Shown here one piece after another: positions 25,494-37,848 of a stretch of DNA of 64,000 nucleotides. The DNA is from Sarea resinae (Eukaryota), in the NCBI GenBank assembly GCA_026026165.1, contig JAPEUD010000046.1, positions 1 through 64,000 on the forward strand. Reading direction: 5' to 3'. The notes below the pieces were generated by a model. That model did no database searches. It was not told where the DNA came from and was given only the letters and a program-made list of their open reading frames with translations. Each line of letters starts with the position of its first letter. Within the stretch, counting starts at the first letter, position 1. The position numbers and the translations under genes are program-made.

Positions 25494-28110
25494 TCAGGCC
25501 CTCCCCTCTTCCCTTAACGCGGCTCTGATCCTCTCGAAGAAGCCGCCCGGCCAGCCCTCCATCTCCTTGGCGCCCGGAACCCCCACCCTCTCACAATGAC
25601 CGACGACGTTGGCGAGGATGCGGCCCAGCACCTCCTGACTGACGGGCAGATAGCCCTGGCCTTCGAGGTCGGGATAGAGGAAGCCATCCTTCTCATCGAG
25701 CAGCTGCTCGACGGTAGGACGCTGGCTCGGGTCGCGATTGAGGCATTTTTTCAGTGTGCGGATCAGAGAGGCCGGCACGAAGACGTCGCCGATGGTCGTG
25801 GTGTTTGGGAACGCGATGGCGTGGTTCGGATTGGGAATGGCCATGATCTTCTGGAATTGGTTGGAGAGATGTGCAAAGGGCGGTTTGCCGTACACCATCT
25901 GGTACAAGATACAGCCTAGACTCCAGATGTCGCTCGGCTTGCCAAGCTTCATCATTCGGCCCTCGCTGGCGCTTGAGGCTAGCCCTTTCTTGGCGTTAGA
26001 GTCGACGATCGCCTCCGGCGACATATAATTAGGAGTTCCGACCTGCTGTTCGCGGTGCACGTTGACGGTGTCGTCTTGGATCGCGTTGGCGATACCGAAG
26101 TCGATGAGTTTGAGACGGCCTTTGACGAGGAGGAAATTTGCTGGTTTGAGGTCTGAGTGGACGATCGAGTGTGAATGGACGGCGGCGATGCATTCAAGCA
26201 TTTCTTTCCAGTAGTAGCGCGTGAAGTTGATGTCAAAGGTGGCGTTATCGGCGTTGAGACGGAAGCGGAGGATGCGGTCGAGGTCAGATTCGCCCATTTC
26301 CATCAGCTATAAAGATTAGAGGTGCTTTGATGGAGAGGTTGGCATCGGTTTGGAAACTTACCACGCTCAGAGTCTGCTTATCGTCGTTGATCTCGTAGTC
26401 GTAGAGATCGATTACTCGATCAACGCTTTCTAATTTCTTCAGCAGCTCTATTTCACCCTTGTAGCCTCTTATCGTGAGCTCGTCCACCTCTTCTAGCGTG
26501 ACTTTCTTCAGAGCAAAGATTTTGTAGTTCTCTGCCATGACACGGTAGACACGAGAGCTACCGCCTCTTCCGATACAGTCCAACCGAGTGAAAGCTTTCC
26601 CGTTGACTGATATATGATTTCTCTTTTTCCTCGAATGCGACGTTGCCGCCGCACCTGCCGTCGTCGTTGCAGTATCTAAGACTGTCATTTTAGGAGGTGG
26701 CGGAGCGGGTCTGAGAGGAGTATTGCGGCTTCGAGGCGCAAGGGCCTTTCGCTCTGGCGACATTGTAGCTGGAGTAGCCCCAAGCATTTTGTCATCCGCC
26801 ATCACCGACACTTTCTCGATCTTATCAAGTGAACCGAAACCTTGTGGTTTCGAACGTTTGAACGTTGGAGGAGGCTCATTTTCCTGATCATGCCTCGACG
26901 GTATGGATGGAGGCAGTGCTGGGACTTTGAATACTGGATGTTGTTGCGCGGTAGATGACACCCCATTGGTGGCTTTCGAAGATTGTAGCGGTCGTGGCCT
27001 TGTCGGTGGGGAGCTAGGTGAAGTTGGTCTGTCGTATTGCTTCTCGTCCGATTGATGTTCAGGCGCGAAGCTAGCATGCTCAGACCCTTCGTAGACTGGC
27101 CGACGTTCTTCCAAGGAGCCGTTAGAAGCCGGTTCTGCATCCACCGACTGCCTTTCCGCGAGCTCATTTTTGATCTGCTCCGCAGAAGATCCCTCTTGGT
27201 CTTGCTCCTCATGGGCGGGGCTTTGGTCCTCTTCGCTTTGCCTTCTTCTTCCTCTTCTTGCAGGTCCACTCAAGAAGGCCCCCTTCACTTTTCCTAATCT
27301 CTTCACGCGGATTGATCCGTGTACCCCCGTCTCCTCTCCATATCTGCTTCTCCCAATCGTTGATGACCCATAACGCAAGGCACTGTCCTGGCTGGTCGTG
27401 CCTCTCGGGCGTGCAATCGTTGACGGCATTCCCCCATAATCCTCTCCCTCCGCTTCTGAGGCACGTCCAGATGAATTCGGTCGCGTCAGATAGCCCCCAG
27501 AGGATGAATTGCCGTAATTGTTTGGGCTCGAGACACGGACAGTACGTGGACGCGGGGCTGGCGTGATCATTTCACCTGGAGAGCCCCTTGGTGATATCCT
27601 CGCGTTCGATGTTGAGACGCTTCTTCGTAACGTCGCCGATGCCGCCGACCCTGCACTCAAACGAACAACTCTTTTGGCGGAGGGGCTGCCATCGTTTCGA
27701 AATGATGGTGACTCCCTTCCTATTGATCTCCGACGGTGTGGTCGACTCGGGTTGCTATGCCCGGAATCGCCTTCGTCCCTCCACCTCGTGGCGGAGGTGT
27801 TCGCGGCCTGGTCACCTGGAGGAGATGATGCCTCTATCGTCGACGGCTCGTCACCAAGTAGAGCCTTGGTCAGTGCGCTAAACTTCATAGGCTGAGGTAT
27901 CTCGTCGTCAGAGCTATCACCGACAGAGATTTGTCGCGCAACACCATTCGTGGATACCGCGTTCGCATGCGAGGCCATTGATATGGGCGATCCCCTCCTG
28001 AGGGCCGGCCGTGAAGGTCGTCGGCGTGCTTGGAGTCGAGGATGGCTACCGTACGAGGTAGAAAGAGGAGTCGGAGATAGTGCTGCCATGGCGGCTATTG
28101 CTGGTGTCAT
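25494..28110 (-). CDS. MPS1: Mps1/Mph1 (TTK) dual-specificity spindle checkpoint kinase
   Basis: IGRGGSSRVYRV, ALKKV, GYKGEIELL, IVHSDLKPANFL, KLIDFGIANAIQDDTVNVHREQQVGTPNYMSPE. Intron 26307-26361. Start taken at the first in-frame ATG. Confidence 0.95.
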
Positions 28111-28842
28111 GCATGAAGGAGAGAGCGAGTCGCGTATAATGTCTACTGCCGCTGGACTTAGGGGAATCGATTGATGCTTCGTTGCAAAGGGGCGAGCTGG
28201 ATACGCGTAAGTCGTTGGCGGTTCTGCGGTACAAGTTACTGTTGATGATGGCGATGTTATTGATGATTGGGATATGCAGAATGAATGGTGGTGAAACGTC
28301 TCCGAGGGAAAGTAAACAATATGGGCGCTATTCCCCTTTCGAATGCTTGGTTGCTCGGCAACGACAACGCTGACATTGATGATATCGATCTCTCTCGTCG
28401 ATGGCCGAGCCAGTCTGTCAACGGTCAATATGAAGTCTTTATCTAATATCTGGTGAGGATGAATAGATCCACAGTCCGTGCATCACCTTTCCAAGCAGCG
28501 TTGACCCCCGAAGTACCTGAATGCCCTTTCCTTCCCATGGTCACCAAATGAATCCGGATTCACAATAGATCTTGTACGGCTCCGTACAAAGGCCATCAAT
28601 GCCGATATCAACCTTGTCAATGAAATGGACAGATTATCCTCAACTCCATGCGCAGTATCCCACCATTTGACTTAAAAGAGTCGACCCACCTTCATTCAGC
28701 CTCTTTCGGATTTCTTCTTCTCTTTTTTTCATGACGATGTGTTTCCTGTCAACTTGTTGAGTCTTCATCTCTGGTAGATCAGACGACCGTATATATATCA
28801 TTCCCCCATCTATCTTGACCTTTATCCTGCATCACAGCAGCC

Positions 28843-30171
28843 ATGGCACGCCGCAAGCAAGCAGCAGCAGCAACCAAAAGAAGAGGGCAAACACCAGATC
28901 CTCAATCTAAACGACAATTGGAAGAAAGCCCCACAAGTTTAAATCGCAACAATGGCGCAAAGTCGCCCAACGTCTTTGCGAATGGCTTCGACAAAAGCGC
29001 AACCATCCCCTCCGCTCCCGCCACGGAAGCGGGCCTCACCCAGCTCATCATCTGCGTCGCAGGCATCTACGCATCCTTGTGAGTTCATCAGACCTTGTTA
29101 CGGAACCCAAATAGCTGACGTTTGAATCCCCACACCAGCCTCTCATGGGCCCTCCTCCAAGAGCGCATAACAACCACCACCTACGGCCCCGACACGGCCT
29201 CGACACGCTTCACCTACCCCGTCTTCCTCAATACACTCCAATCACTCTTCGCCGCCTTAACATCCTACCTCTACATGTTCTTCACCACACCCTCCTCGCA
29301 ACCCCGTCCGCGGATCTTCCCCACAAAGCGCATCCTGCCGCCGCTCCTCCTGATCGCCATAACCTCCTCTCTCGCCTCGCCCTTCGGCTACGCCAGTCTC
29401 GCCCACCTGGACTACATAACCTTCATCCTGGCAAAATCGTGCAAACTACTACCCGTAATGGCTCTACACCTGACCATCTTCCGCAAACGCTATCCGCTCT
29501 ACAAATACGCAGTGGTAGCGCTCGTAACGGCGGGCGTGGCCATCTTCACCCTCCACCACCCGTCCTCATCCAAAAAGAGTAACAGCACCAGAACCTCCGA
29601 CCCGAATAGCAGTACCTGGTGGGGCCTCAGTCTGCTGGGCATCAACCTGCTCTTCGACGGCCTGACAAACAGCACGCAGGACTACATCTTCGGCGCCTTC
29701 CAGCCGTACACGGGCCCGCAGATGATGTGCGCGCAGAACGTCATGAGCACGGCCCTGACAAGCGCCTATCTGCTCCTCTCGCCCTATCTCGCCCAGACCC
29801 CCCTGGGCGCGTACATAGGCGTGCCATTGAATTCTGCCAACGGCGGCCCCGCCGGCGAGTTCGGCCAGGCCCTAGCGTTCGTGCGCACGTATCCCATGGT
29901 CGGCCGCGACGTGCTGGGCTTTGCGCTCTGCGGCGCTGTCGGCCAGCTGTTTATCTTCTATACCCTGTCGACTTTCTCCTCGCTGCTGCTCGTCACCGTC
30001 ACCGTCACCCGCAAGATGCTGACGATGATGCTCTCCGTGCTGGCGTTTGGCCATCGCCTCTCGCATATGCAGTGGGTGGGCGTGGGGTTGGTTTTCGGCG
30101 GTGTTGGGGCCGAGGGGTGGATCCAGCGCGTGGAAAAAAAGAAAAAGGCGGCGTTGAAGAAGAAGCAGTAG
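28843..30171 (+). CDS. HUT1: UDP-galactose transporter homolog (UAA family, ER)
   Basis: CVAGIYAS, WALLQERI, ILAKSCKLLPVM, FDGLTNSTQD, VTVTRKMLT, C-terminal dilysine KKKQ. One intron near 29079-29138. Confidence 0.93.
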
Positions 30172-30637
30172 TAGAAGTCAAAATCGACAGGAGGGAGAAA
30201 TGGGAAACGGGAGCAAGGATTTTTTTTTTGGTTTTGTTCAAGCATTTGGTTGGGAGGCATAGCATTTCTAGAGGTCAATTTCTTTTTTTGATCCGTGAAC
30301 TGTATGTGGCGGTTGTATTACCAATGTAGACGCCAATATAGAATTTTTATAAGTACAGACAAAACTTCTTATTCTTATTCACAAGCAATTGTTGGAAGAA
30401 ATAATGGCTTGCGCTGGCCAGGTGATCTCACAATTGGCTCACTCTTCCATTCTCCCAGCCGTCCCATCTATCGTGCCGGCAGGCCCGTGCAAGTTATACA
30501 GCGGAGCATCTAGCATCCTCATCGATATCCATACACGCACACATCCCTCAAATGGTCCCTCGGCCGAACCAAAAAACGGTACACACTAGGATGAGGGTAG
30601 CTCCCCGGCCTCACACCCAAACCTGCACTTCAGCCTC

Positions 30638-31357
30638 CTATGACGCCTCAGGCAAGAGGTGCTTCAATTCCTCAGGTGCCTTGACCCGCAACTCAGATAC
30701 ACGCAGCACCGTAAAGCGATGCTTACTGTAGACGGTCTTGACACGTCGCTGTCTCCTCTTCGTCTTCTCCTTGATGCGCATGGGCTCGGCTTCGACGCCC
30801 ATGACGCGGGCCCGGCACTCGAAAAGCCGCTCATCGACCCACGGCGTCCCCTTCAGCGTGTAGTCCCGCGATCCGAGATTCGAGGCCCGCGTCAGCCGTA
30901 GCACGTCTCCTGCTTGCACCGACGGCATCAGGAATGGTAGTCGGACGGTGTCGCCTTGTGTCAGGAGGTAGGGCCGCGAGTGGATGTGGATGGTGGCGTA
31001 GTGGGCGGACTGAGCGAGGAGGGCAGGGAGTGTCGAGAGCAGTTCGGGGGAAAGGGGCGTTGTGGGTGACGAGGGGTTTTGCGAGGTCGGTGGTGGGAGG
31101 TCGGCGGCTGGAGGTGACGGTGATGATGACGGTGCAGGTCTTGTCTGCTGTGGTGTGCTGTTGAGGGTGGACTTGAGAGGCTCGAGATCATCCGTGGGAC
31201 GAGTGTCCTCGATCGTCGAGCTCGTCGTGGCGAGCCGTCGGGCGGACGTGCCCAGGGGAAGGAGGAAGTTCGGCGGCAGGATAGAGGCGGATGAGGTCGA
31301 GGGGATGAAAGACTTTTGGGGCGCGCTGAGACAGCGTCTTAGGGTTCGGGACAGCAT
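30638..31357 (-). CDS. MRPL49: Mitochondrial ribosomal protein bL21m
   Basis: Presequence-like MLSRTLRRCL; IHIHSRPYLLTQGDTVRLPF, LGSRDYTLKG, KTKRRQRRVKT. Confidence 0.9.
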   Translation of the reverse strand: MLSRTLRRCLSAPQKSFIPSTSSASILPPNFLLPLGTSARRLATTSSTIEDTRPTDDLEPLKSTLNSTPQQTRPAPSSSPSPPAADLPPPTSQNPSSPTTPLSPELLSTLPALLAQSAHYATIHIHSRPYLLTQGDTVRLPFLMPSVQAGDVLRLTRASNLGSRDYTLKGTPWVDERLFECRARVMGVEAEPMRIKEKTKRRQRRVKTVYSKHRFTVLRVSELRVKAPEELKHLLPEAS

Positions 31358-31688
31358 TGTGGCCGTTCTCGGTGTCCCACCGGCGGCAGGCAAGGTGAAC
31401 TGGAGATGGATGATAATTGAGTCCGTCGAGGCTCAGTGTCTCCGTTGGGTCTGATATTGGATGGATGGTTGAACGAATTTCCGGAGTTGATGGTTCAGAT
31501 CTCGCAAAGAGGCGCTAGTCCCAATGTGGCTCGCGTCACCGCCAAGATTTCGTATCATAATCACTGCGAGCGGGCGATACTTGCAAGAATACATTTTTGA
31601 CGATAATACTGCACTGGCCTCGACCACCAGGAGGCGCTGAATCCCCCTTCGATCTTACACCTACAGCACTTTTCACTGTCTGATCATC

Positions 31689-32872
31689 ATGGTATGTCTA
31701 CCTAAGTATACGCCGATGTGCCTACGAGATCTCCGACTGACTTTTTTCACAGCCTCAAAACGAGTCCGTGGCCCCTCCAGTTGCTACACCGTCGTTTCTG
31801 TTCCAAATTCTCTGACAGCCATCTAGATATATTGAACGATGGACGAAGCAGCATGGCAAGCGGTAAGCCAGCTCCTCTTTCTCTCCAGGCCCAGAAAGTC
31901 TCCCACATAGCTGACTGCGCCGTAGCTTCGACCACGAAGAGCGCACTCGCAAGCGCATCGCCCGTGAAGGCCACAAAGCCTCCAAGAACGCCCAAGAACT
32001 GCGGGGTCTGCGAGCCAAGCTCTATCAGAAGAAGCGCCACTCGGAGAAGATCCAGATGCGCAAGCAGATCAAGGCCCACGAGGAGCGCAATGTCAAGTCG
32101 TCCGAGCCCGCGGAGCCGTCCTCTACCCCGCTGCCGCAGTATCTATTGGATCGTAGCCAGCCGACAAATGCAAAGGCGCTCAGTAGTGCGATAAAGAATA
32201 AACGTGCAGAGAAGGCGGCCAAATTCAGTGTTCCGTTGCCCAAGGTCAGGGGTATCAGTGAGGAGGAGATGTTCAAGGTTGTCAAGACCGGGAAGAAGAC
32301 GGCGAAGAAGGGATGGAAGAGGATGATCACAAAGCCCACCTTTGGTATGTCCTTTTTGTTTTTGTTTTTACCTACCGGATCACCGGCCGCTCCCTTGGCT
32401 AAAAGAGTCTCTAATGGACCACGTTTGCTAACGGTCCGCTCATGTAGTCGGCAACGACTTCACACGCCGGCCCGTGAAATACGAGCGCTTCATCCGGCCC
32501 ATGGGTCTTCGCTACAAGAAAGCCAACGTCACCCACCCCGAGCTCGGCGTGACGGTCCAACTACCGATTATCAGCGTGAAGAAGAACCCGCAAAACCCCA
32601 TGTACACGCAACTGGGCGTTCTGACCAAAGGCACGATCATCGAGGTCAACGTCAGCGAGCTAGGACTCGTCACCGCGGGTGGCAAAGTCGTCTGGGGCCG
32701 CTGGGCCCAAATCACGAATAATTGCGAGAATGATGGATGTGTCAACGCGTGAGTTTTGACTTGACCCTCTCTCCCTCCATCCTGTCTTTGCTTTTCGCCT
32801 CTGTTCTGCTCTGGTGAGATGGGAATTTGCTAATTCGGATCTTTTCACATCTGCAGTGTTCTCCTCGTCTAG
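31689..32872 (+). CDS. NSA2: Ribosome biogenesis protein Nsa2
   Basis: Exons 31689-31691, 31753-31763, 31827-31862, 31926-32344, 32448-32748 and 32857-32872 give [23 protein letters not shown]...[12 protein letters not shown]...DGCVNAVLLV. Confidence 0.96.
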
Positions 32873-34270
32873 AAACATTCTGGCTCTTTCGAATCCCATG
32901 TTCGCTTTTTCTTACTTTGCAGGGACGAGACGGCTTTCCTTTTTTCAATACACGGGCGTTTGCACGGCGTTAATCCGGAACGAAAATCGGCATCCAAAAG
33001 CGCCATCCTCCATCTATCTAGGTCCCTTCTTCCCATGTCTCTCATCAGGCCATGTCTCTCATCAGGCATCTTCCACCCCTCGTTCTCGTTTCCCGATAGA
33101 TAAACGTAGTTAGACTAGAAAGCACCATCAAAAATCCGCACTCGAGCACGCCCCTTCCCGTGCATCCATCTGACTTTGCTTCCTTTCATAAGGTAGATAA
33201 GATAGATAGTAGAACCACAAGCACCATCCACTAAGAAGTAAGATGATATTATGTCTCTCAAACCCCCCACCACAGGCAATCTCATCAAACCACACCATAC
33301 AAGACCAAGGCCACCTTGGTAGGTAAGGTAGGGGGCTTCACGATAACGACTCCTCTGATACTTCGTATATACAAACACAAGGCAAGGTGTCGCGTCCCGT
33401 GCCCTGCGCAGCGGCGGCGATAACGATTATGATATTCCCTGGTAGATCTACCCTCCTATCTTCCTACCATTCTACATACTTCCCTCTGACCTAAGGTAGA
33501 TAGATCGCTTCGATTCGATTCGATTCGGAATCAAGGACCTGACGAGGGAGCGCCATACCCACCTCAGGTAGCGGGCAGCTGGACCTCGAGACGCTGAGAG
33601 TTGAGAGGGGAGAAAAAAGAGCGAGGCCTTATGCTCAAGAAGGTAGAGAAGATATGCAAGTAAGTCAAGTGAACGGGGCAGTCCTTGACCAAGGCGGCAG
33701 GGCTGATTCTGACGGGCCGGGGGATGAAGAAGGGGAAGGGGGGGCCGCAGATTCATGGTCGATTTCTAGCTGGTCTTCTTGCTTGTGCTGCTGGAGCTGC
33801 TGCTGGAGCTGGAGCTGGTGGAGCTACGTCTACGCTTCCTGGTACTACTCTTCCTACATGCGAGCGATGCCGGATTGAATGTCAGCTTGATTCCACTTTG
33901 GGGTTTGGCAACGATGGAGGACGGCGCAGCGTCTTTCCCAGCAGAGAGGAAGCCAGTAGGCCAATAATGATTCATTGGTCGGTCGGGCGGGCAGGCGGGC
34001 GAAGCAAGGTAAGGTGAAGCAAAGCAAGGCAAGACGAGACAAGGCCACATGGGCCAGGCCCAAATCACGGCACCAGTGGTTTAGGAAGACAAAGATTGGA
34101 AGGGACAGATAGGTGAAGAAGAGGCTGTTTTTGGTCTTGGCTATTTCACAGGTATCTAATGTGACATGTACGAGAGATGTTCATCGTCTTCTCGGACAAA
34201 CTCCCCTAGTAGGGGATTTCGGTTCGAGATGAAATAAACGCTGCAGAAGACGGATGGAAGATATGTCCAC

Positions 34271-35257
34271 CTACTGCGACTTGGAAGCCACGATCCCTGT
34301 AGAAAGTTGCCGTTAGTTCTCTAGTTGCTCTTGTTTCCCGCATGCACGCCCTTTGTATCAAGGTATGAACGAATCGGAGATATGGGGCGAGAAAGGGGGA
34401 GGGAAACGTACTCTCCACATCTGCCACACTCTGGTTGAGAATCTGTTGCAGTGTCTTCGGGTTCTCGAGCTCCTTCTGGATCTTGGCGATGACGGTCTCG
34501 GCCAGCTCGCGTTGCTGGCGCTGCTTGACTTGGCCCTCGTAGCGCACCCACGAGTCGAGCACGCTCTTGGCTTCCTGGACGAGAGCAGTGTTCTGTTCGA
34601 GCTCGAAGGCCTTGGCCTCAAGCTGTGCGGTCTCCTTTGGGTTTGTTAGCCGGCCTGAATCCCAGCGCTTCTTTTTATGCATTATCATATCGGTAAGGCG
34701 TACCTTGGAGACTGCGAACAGCTGCTTGGTGACCTCGACGACACCACCCAGTTGCTGCACACTTTCGATGCGCTGCTTCACGGCCGTGGTGTGGTCATTG
34801 CGGGCGGAGTTCAAGATACCCTTGAGCTTGTCGATTTGACCAGTCGCCCACTCCGAGTACATGGGGCCTCCGTAATGGGCGATGGCAGCGAACACACCCA
34901 GAGTGCAGAGCATGGTGATGGACTCCTCATTGAGGACATAGAGCTCGTTGCTGATGGCGGCAACGGAGACACCGGCGCCGGCCGAAAGGATGGCCGCCTT
35001 CGAGATCAGCGAGTTGCCTGGCAGCGAATCGAGGATCGATTGGGCCTTCTTCTTTGGGTCCTCGGCCGGGACGTTGGAGGCCGAGCGGGAGGTGATAAGG
35101 GAGGCCCCGACGGCGGGGAGGGTACGTGGGAGAGCTGGCCGGAGGCGGGCAGCCCCTGCGAAGATGGAGACGTTAGCACGAGCGGAATGGGTGTCGCTAT
35201 GAGTGCGAGAGAGCAGTTAGACTTACCGACGGCAGTCCTAGCCATGCGTGATGCCAT
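34271..35257 (-). CDS. ATP4: Mitochondrial ATP synthase subunit b (4)
   Basis: MASRMARTAVG, ISNELYVLNEES, ETAQLEAKAFELEQ, LDSWVRYEGQVKQRQQREL, last exon RIVASKSQ. Three introns. Confidence 0.95.
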
Positions 35258-35542
35258 TGTGTGCTAGAGTGGAGATGGGCGATACTGCGGGTCGGGGGAG
35301 GAGGATGAGGATGGAGGAGATTTGAAGATGATGATGGCGGTGGTTGAAGTCCGATGGAAGTTCTTTGGCGTTGCTTGCTCGGCTGCGCTTGCTGGTGGCT
35401 CGGCAATGGGTACATGCGTGGTCGTTACGAGTTGCCTCACTGGAGAAATGTTTCGCGAGTCTGAAGAGCAGCTTTACTGCGTATGTGATTCCCACTTGCA
35501 AATTGGCCATTTGGAATAGATTGACCGTCCAGAACAAGCAGA

Positions 35543-37378
35543 ATGCCCGGTCGCACAGCTACGGCGACAGCGGTGGCGGCGTCGAAGAAACGCAAGAGAA
35601 GAGGAGACGATGGTCCGGAGGGAAAGGCTGTCTCGAAAGTCAAAAGGACGGCCAGCGCACAGAGTGAAAATGAGGAAGACAGCGAAGATCCCCAAGCTCG
35701 AATATTACTGCTCGAGAGTCAGATTCTCGAGTCTCGACGACATTACAATAACATCGCAGCTCTGATAGGTACTCTACGAGAGCCTGCCGGCGACGAGCAT
35801 AATGACATGGCCGCAGCCATCTCCCTATGTCGGGTTTTCTGCAGACTAAGAGCGGCGGGGAGCATGGCTAGGGCCAAGGGGACTTCAGAAAACGAAGCGA
35901 TCATCATACAATGGCTCAAGGAACGGTATCGAGAGTACACAGAAACCCTCTTGGGCATTCTGAGAACTTCAGACCCATTCAGACAAGTGAGGCGTCTGGC
36001 GCAACCCGGAGATCTGATGCAGGGCGCTGACCAGCTTTTAGATTACTGTTTTGACGCTTCTTATGCGTCTAGTAAAAGATGAAGCAACCCAAACAAAGGG
36101 CAGTGAGGAATATGCATGGCTTTCGGGACTCTTTCCTCGACTCGTTCGTGCTCTGCTTGAAGCGTCGCCTGGCGAAGAAGTCAGGGAAGAATTCGTCGAG
36201 AAATTCGTGAAAGAATACGACGATATTCGATTTTATACATGTGCCGTTATGGCGTGAGTAATCCCAACTGCCATGAATCAGGTCGTATCTAATTCTCAAC
36301 GCAGCGACCTCTCATCCCAAGACACATTGGAAAACACCCAGGCCGTATCGTCTAACGTTCTATACCTCCTCTCGATGCTGGAAGAAGTCCCCGAATCAAA
36401 GGAGGAGCTGGAGGACTTTTACGTTGGGGCTCCCAAGAAAACCAAGCACCCCTTATACTCTCTCACCGCACATAAGAGACAAGTCCAGGCCGCCTGGTTG
36501 GGATTGTTCCGGCTTGGGCTTGATAAAGAGCAGCGCAAGAAGGTCCTTGGGCTAGTTTCACATGCAATTGCGCCCTGGTTTCTCAAGGTTGAACTGCTCA
36601 TGGATTTCCTTACTGACTCCTACAATGTTGGCGGATCAACCTCACTTCTGGCTCTGTCCGGTCTCTTCTACCTCATCCAAGAGAAGAATCTCGACTACCC
36701 ACTCTTCTATCCGAAGCTTTACTCCTTATTAGATTCTGGAATCTTACACTCGAAACACCGATCGCGCTTCTTCCGTCTACTCGATACCTTTTTGGCTTCT
36801 TCGCATCTTCCGGCAGCGCTCGTTGCAAGTTTCATGAAACGACTTTCGAGACTTGCCTTGAATGCACCGCCTGCAGGGATCGTTGTCGTGATTCCATGGG
36901 TGTACAATCTCATCCAGAGGCACCCGACTTGTGCATTCATGATCCACCGCGAGACCCGGGATGCGGAGACCAAGGAGCGGTTACAAAGAGAGGGCATGAG
37001 CGATCCGTTTGACATGGAGGAAGAGGATCCTATGCAGACCAACGCCATCGACAGCAGTCTGTGGGAACTTGTCATGCTGCAGTCGCATTATCATCCCAAT
37101 GTCGCGACGCTCGCAAAGATCATCTCCGAGCAATTTACGAAACAGTCATACAGTCTTGAGGATTTTCTCGATCATTCATATGCATCTGTAAGTCTAGATA
37201 TTCTTTCCATCTCCATCGACGTACTAATCGATCATAGATGCTTGATGCCGAGCTAGGGAAAGAAGTGAAGAAGCCGCCCGTGATAGAGTACGAGATTCCG
37301 AAGAAGGTCCTCACCAAGCACGAGGCCGAGTCGGTGGATGAGGATAGCTTGTTGGTGACGCTGTGGGACTTTAGTTAG
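35543..37378 (+). CDS. NOC4: Nucleolar complex protein 4 (CBF/Mak21 family, SSU processome)
   Basis: ESRRHYNNI, EYDDIRFYT, LMDFLTDSY, NLDYPLFYPKLYSLL, AIDSSLWEL...HYHPNVATLA, EDFLDHSY. Three introns; last exon ends LWDFS. Confidence 0.95.
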
Positions 37379-37848
37379 AACAAAGAACACGAGAGGCTGC
37401 CGTCTGAGGTATCATGGCCCTGATCAGCCCTATTTCTGGTCGTCAAATGCCATATGTAGTACTGTGTAGTGGGAGTACGCTGTAGTGAGTCGAAAAAGAC
37501 TGAAAATAGTAGCGGCTCGGCGCTTTGAACGACGATCTTACGAGGCGGAGCGAAGCTCAGCTCCGAGCCTCGCGAGTCGGCCGCGCGAGGCCAAGCCAAG
37601 CCCCCACCGCCAGTGCCGTCCGCAAACCAACACGAATGCGGCCGCAGCAATGCCACCGTTTTCCGCGCGAGGACACTCAAAGGGATATCGCCATAATTTA
37701 AGAATCAATTAGTTCCTGATCCTCGGATTGCACATCATCATCGTTGCATCGCAATCACGCTTCTCCATTCTCATCCATCGGACATTACCTACCTAGCTGC
37801 TACCTAGCTCACCACTAACATTGACTGACTGACCTCTACTGTGCAAAC

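Noticed and set aside
28111..28428. N-terminal extension of the MPS1 ORF in the ORF track
   Set aside because: It starts at a non-ATG codon and does not look conserved; likely 5' UTR.
30638..31357. Aconitase annotation sometimes attached to this family
   Set aside because: Only the bL21m domain is present. The aconitase label derives from a fission-yeast fusion gene.
33472..34068. Small ORFs between the NSA2 and ATP4 3' ends
   Set aside because: Driven by (GCTGGA)n and similar simple repeats, with no recognisable motif or splice support.
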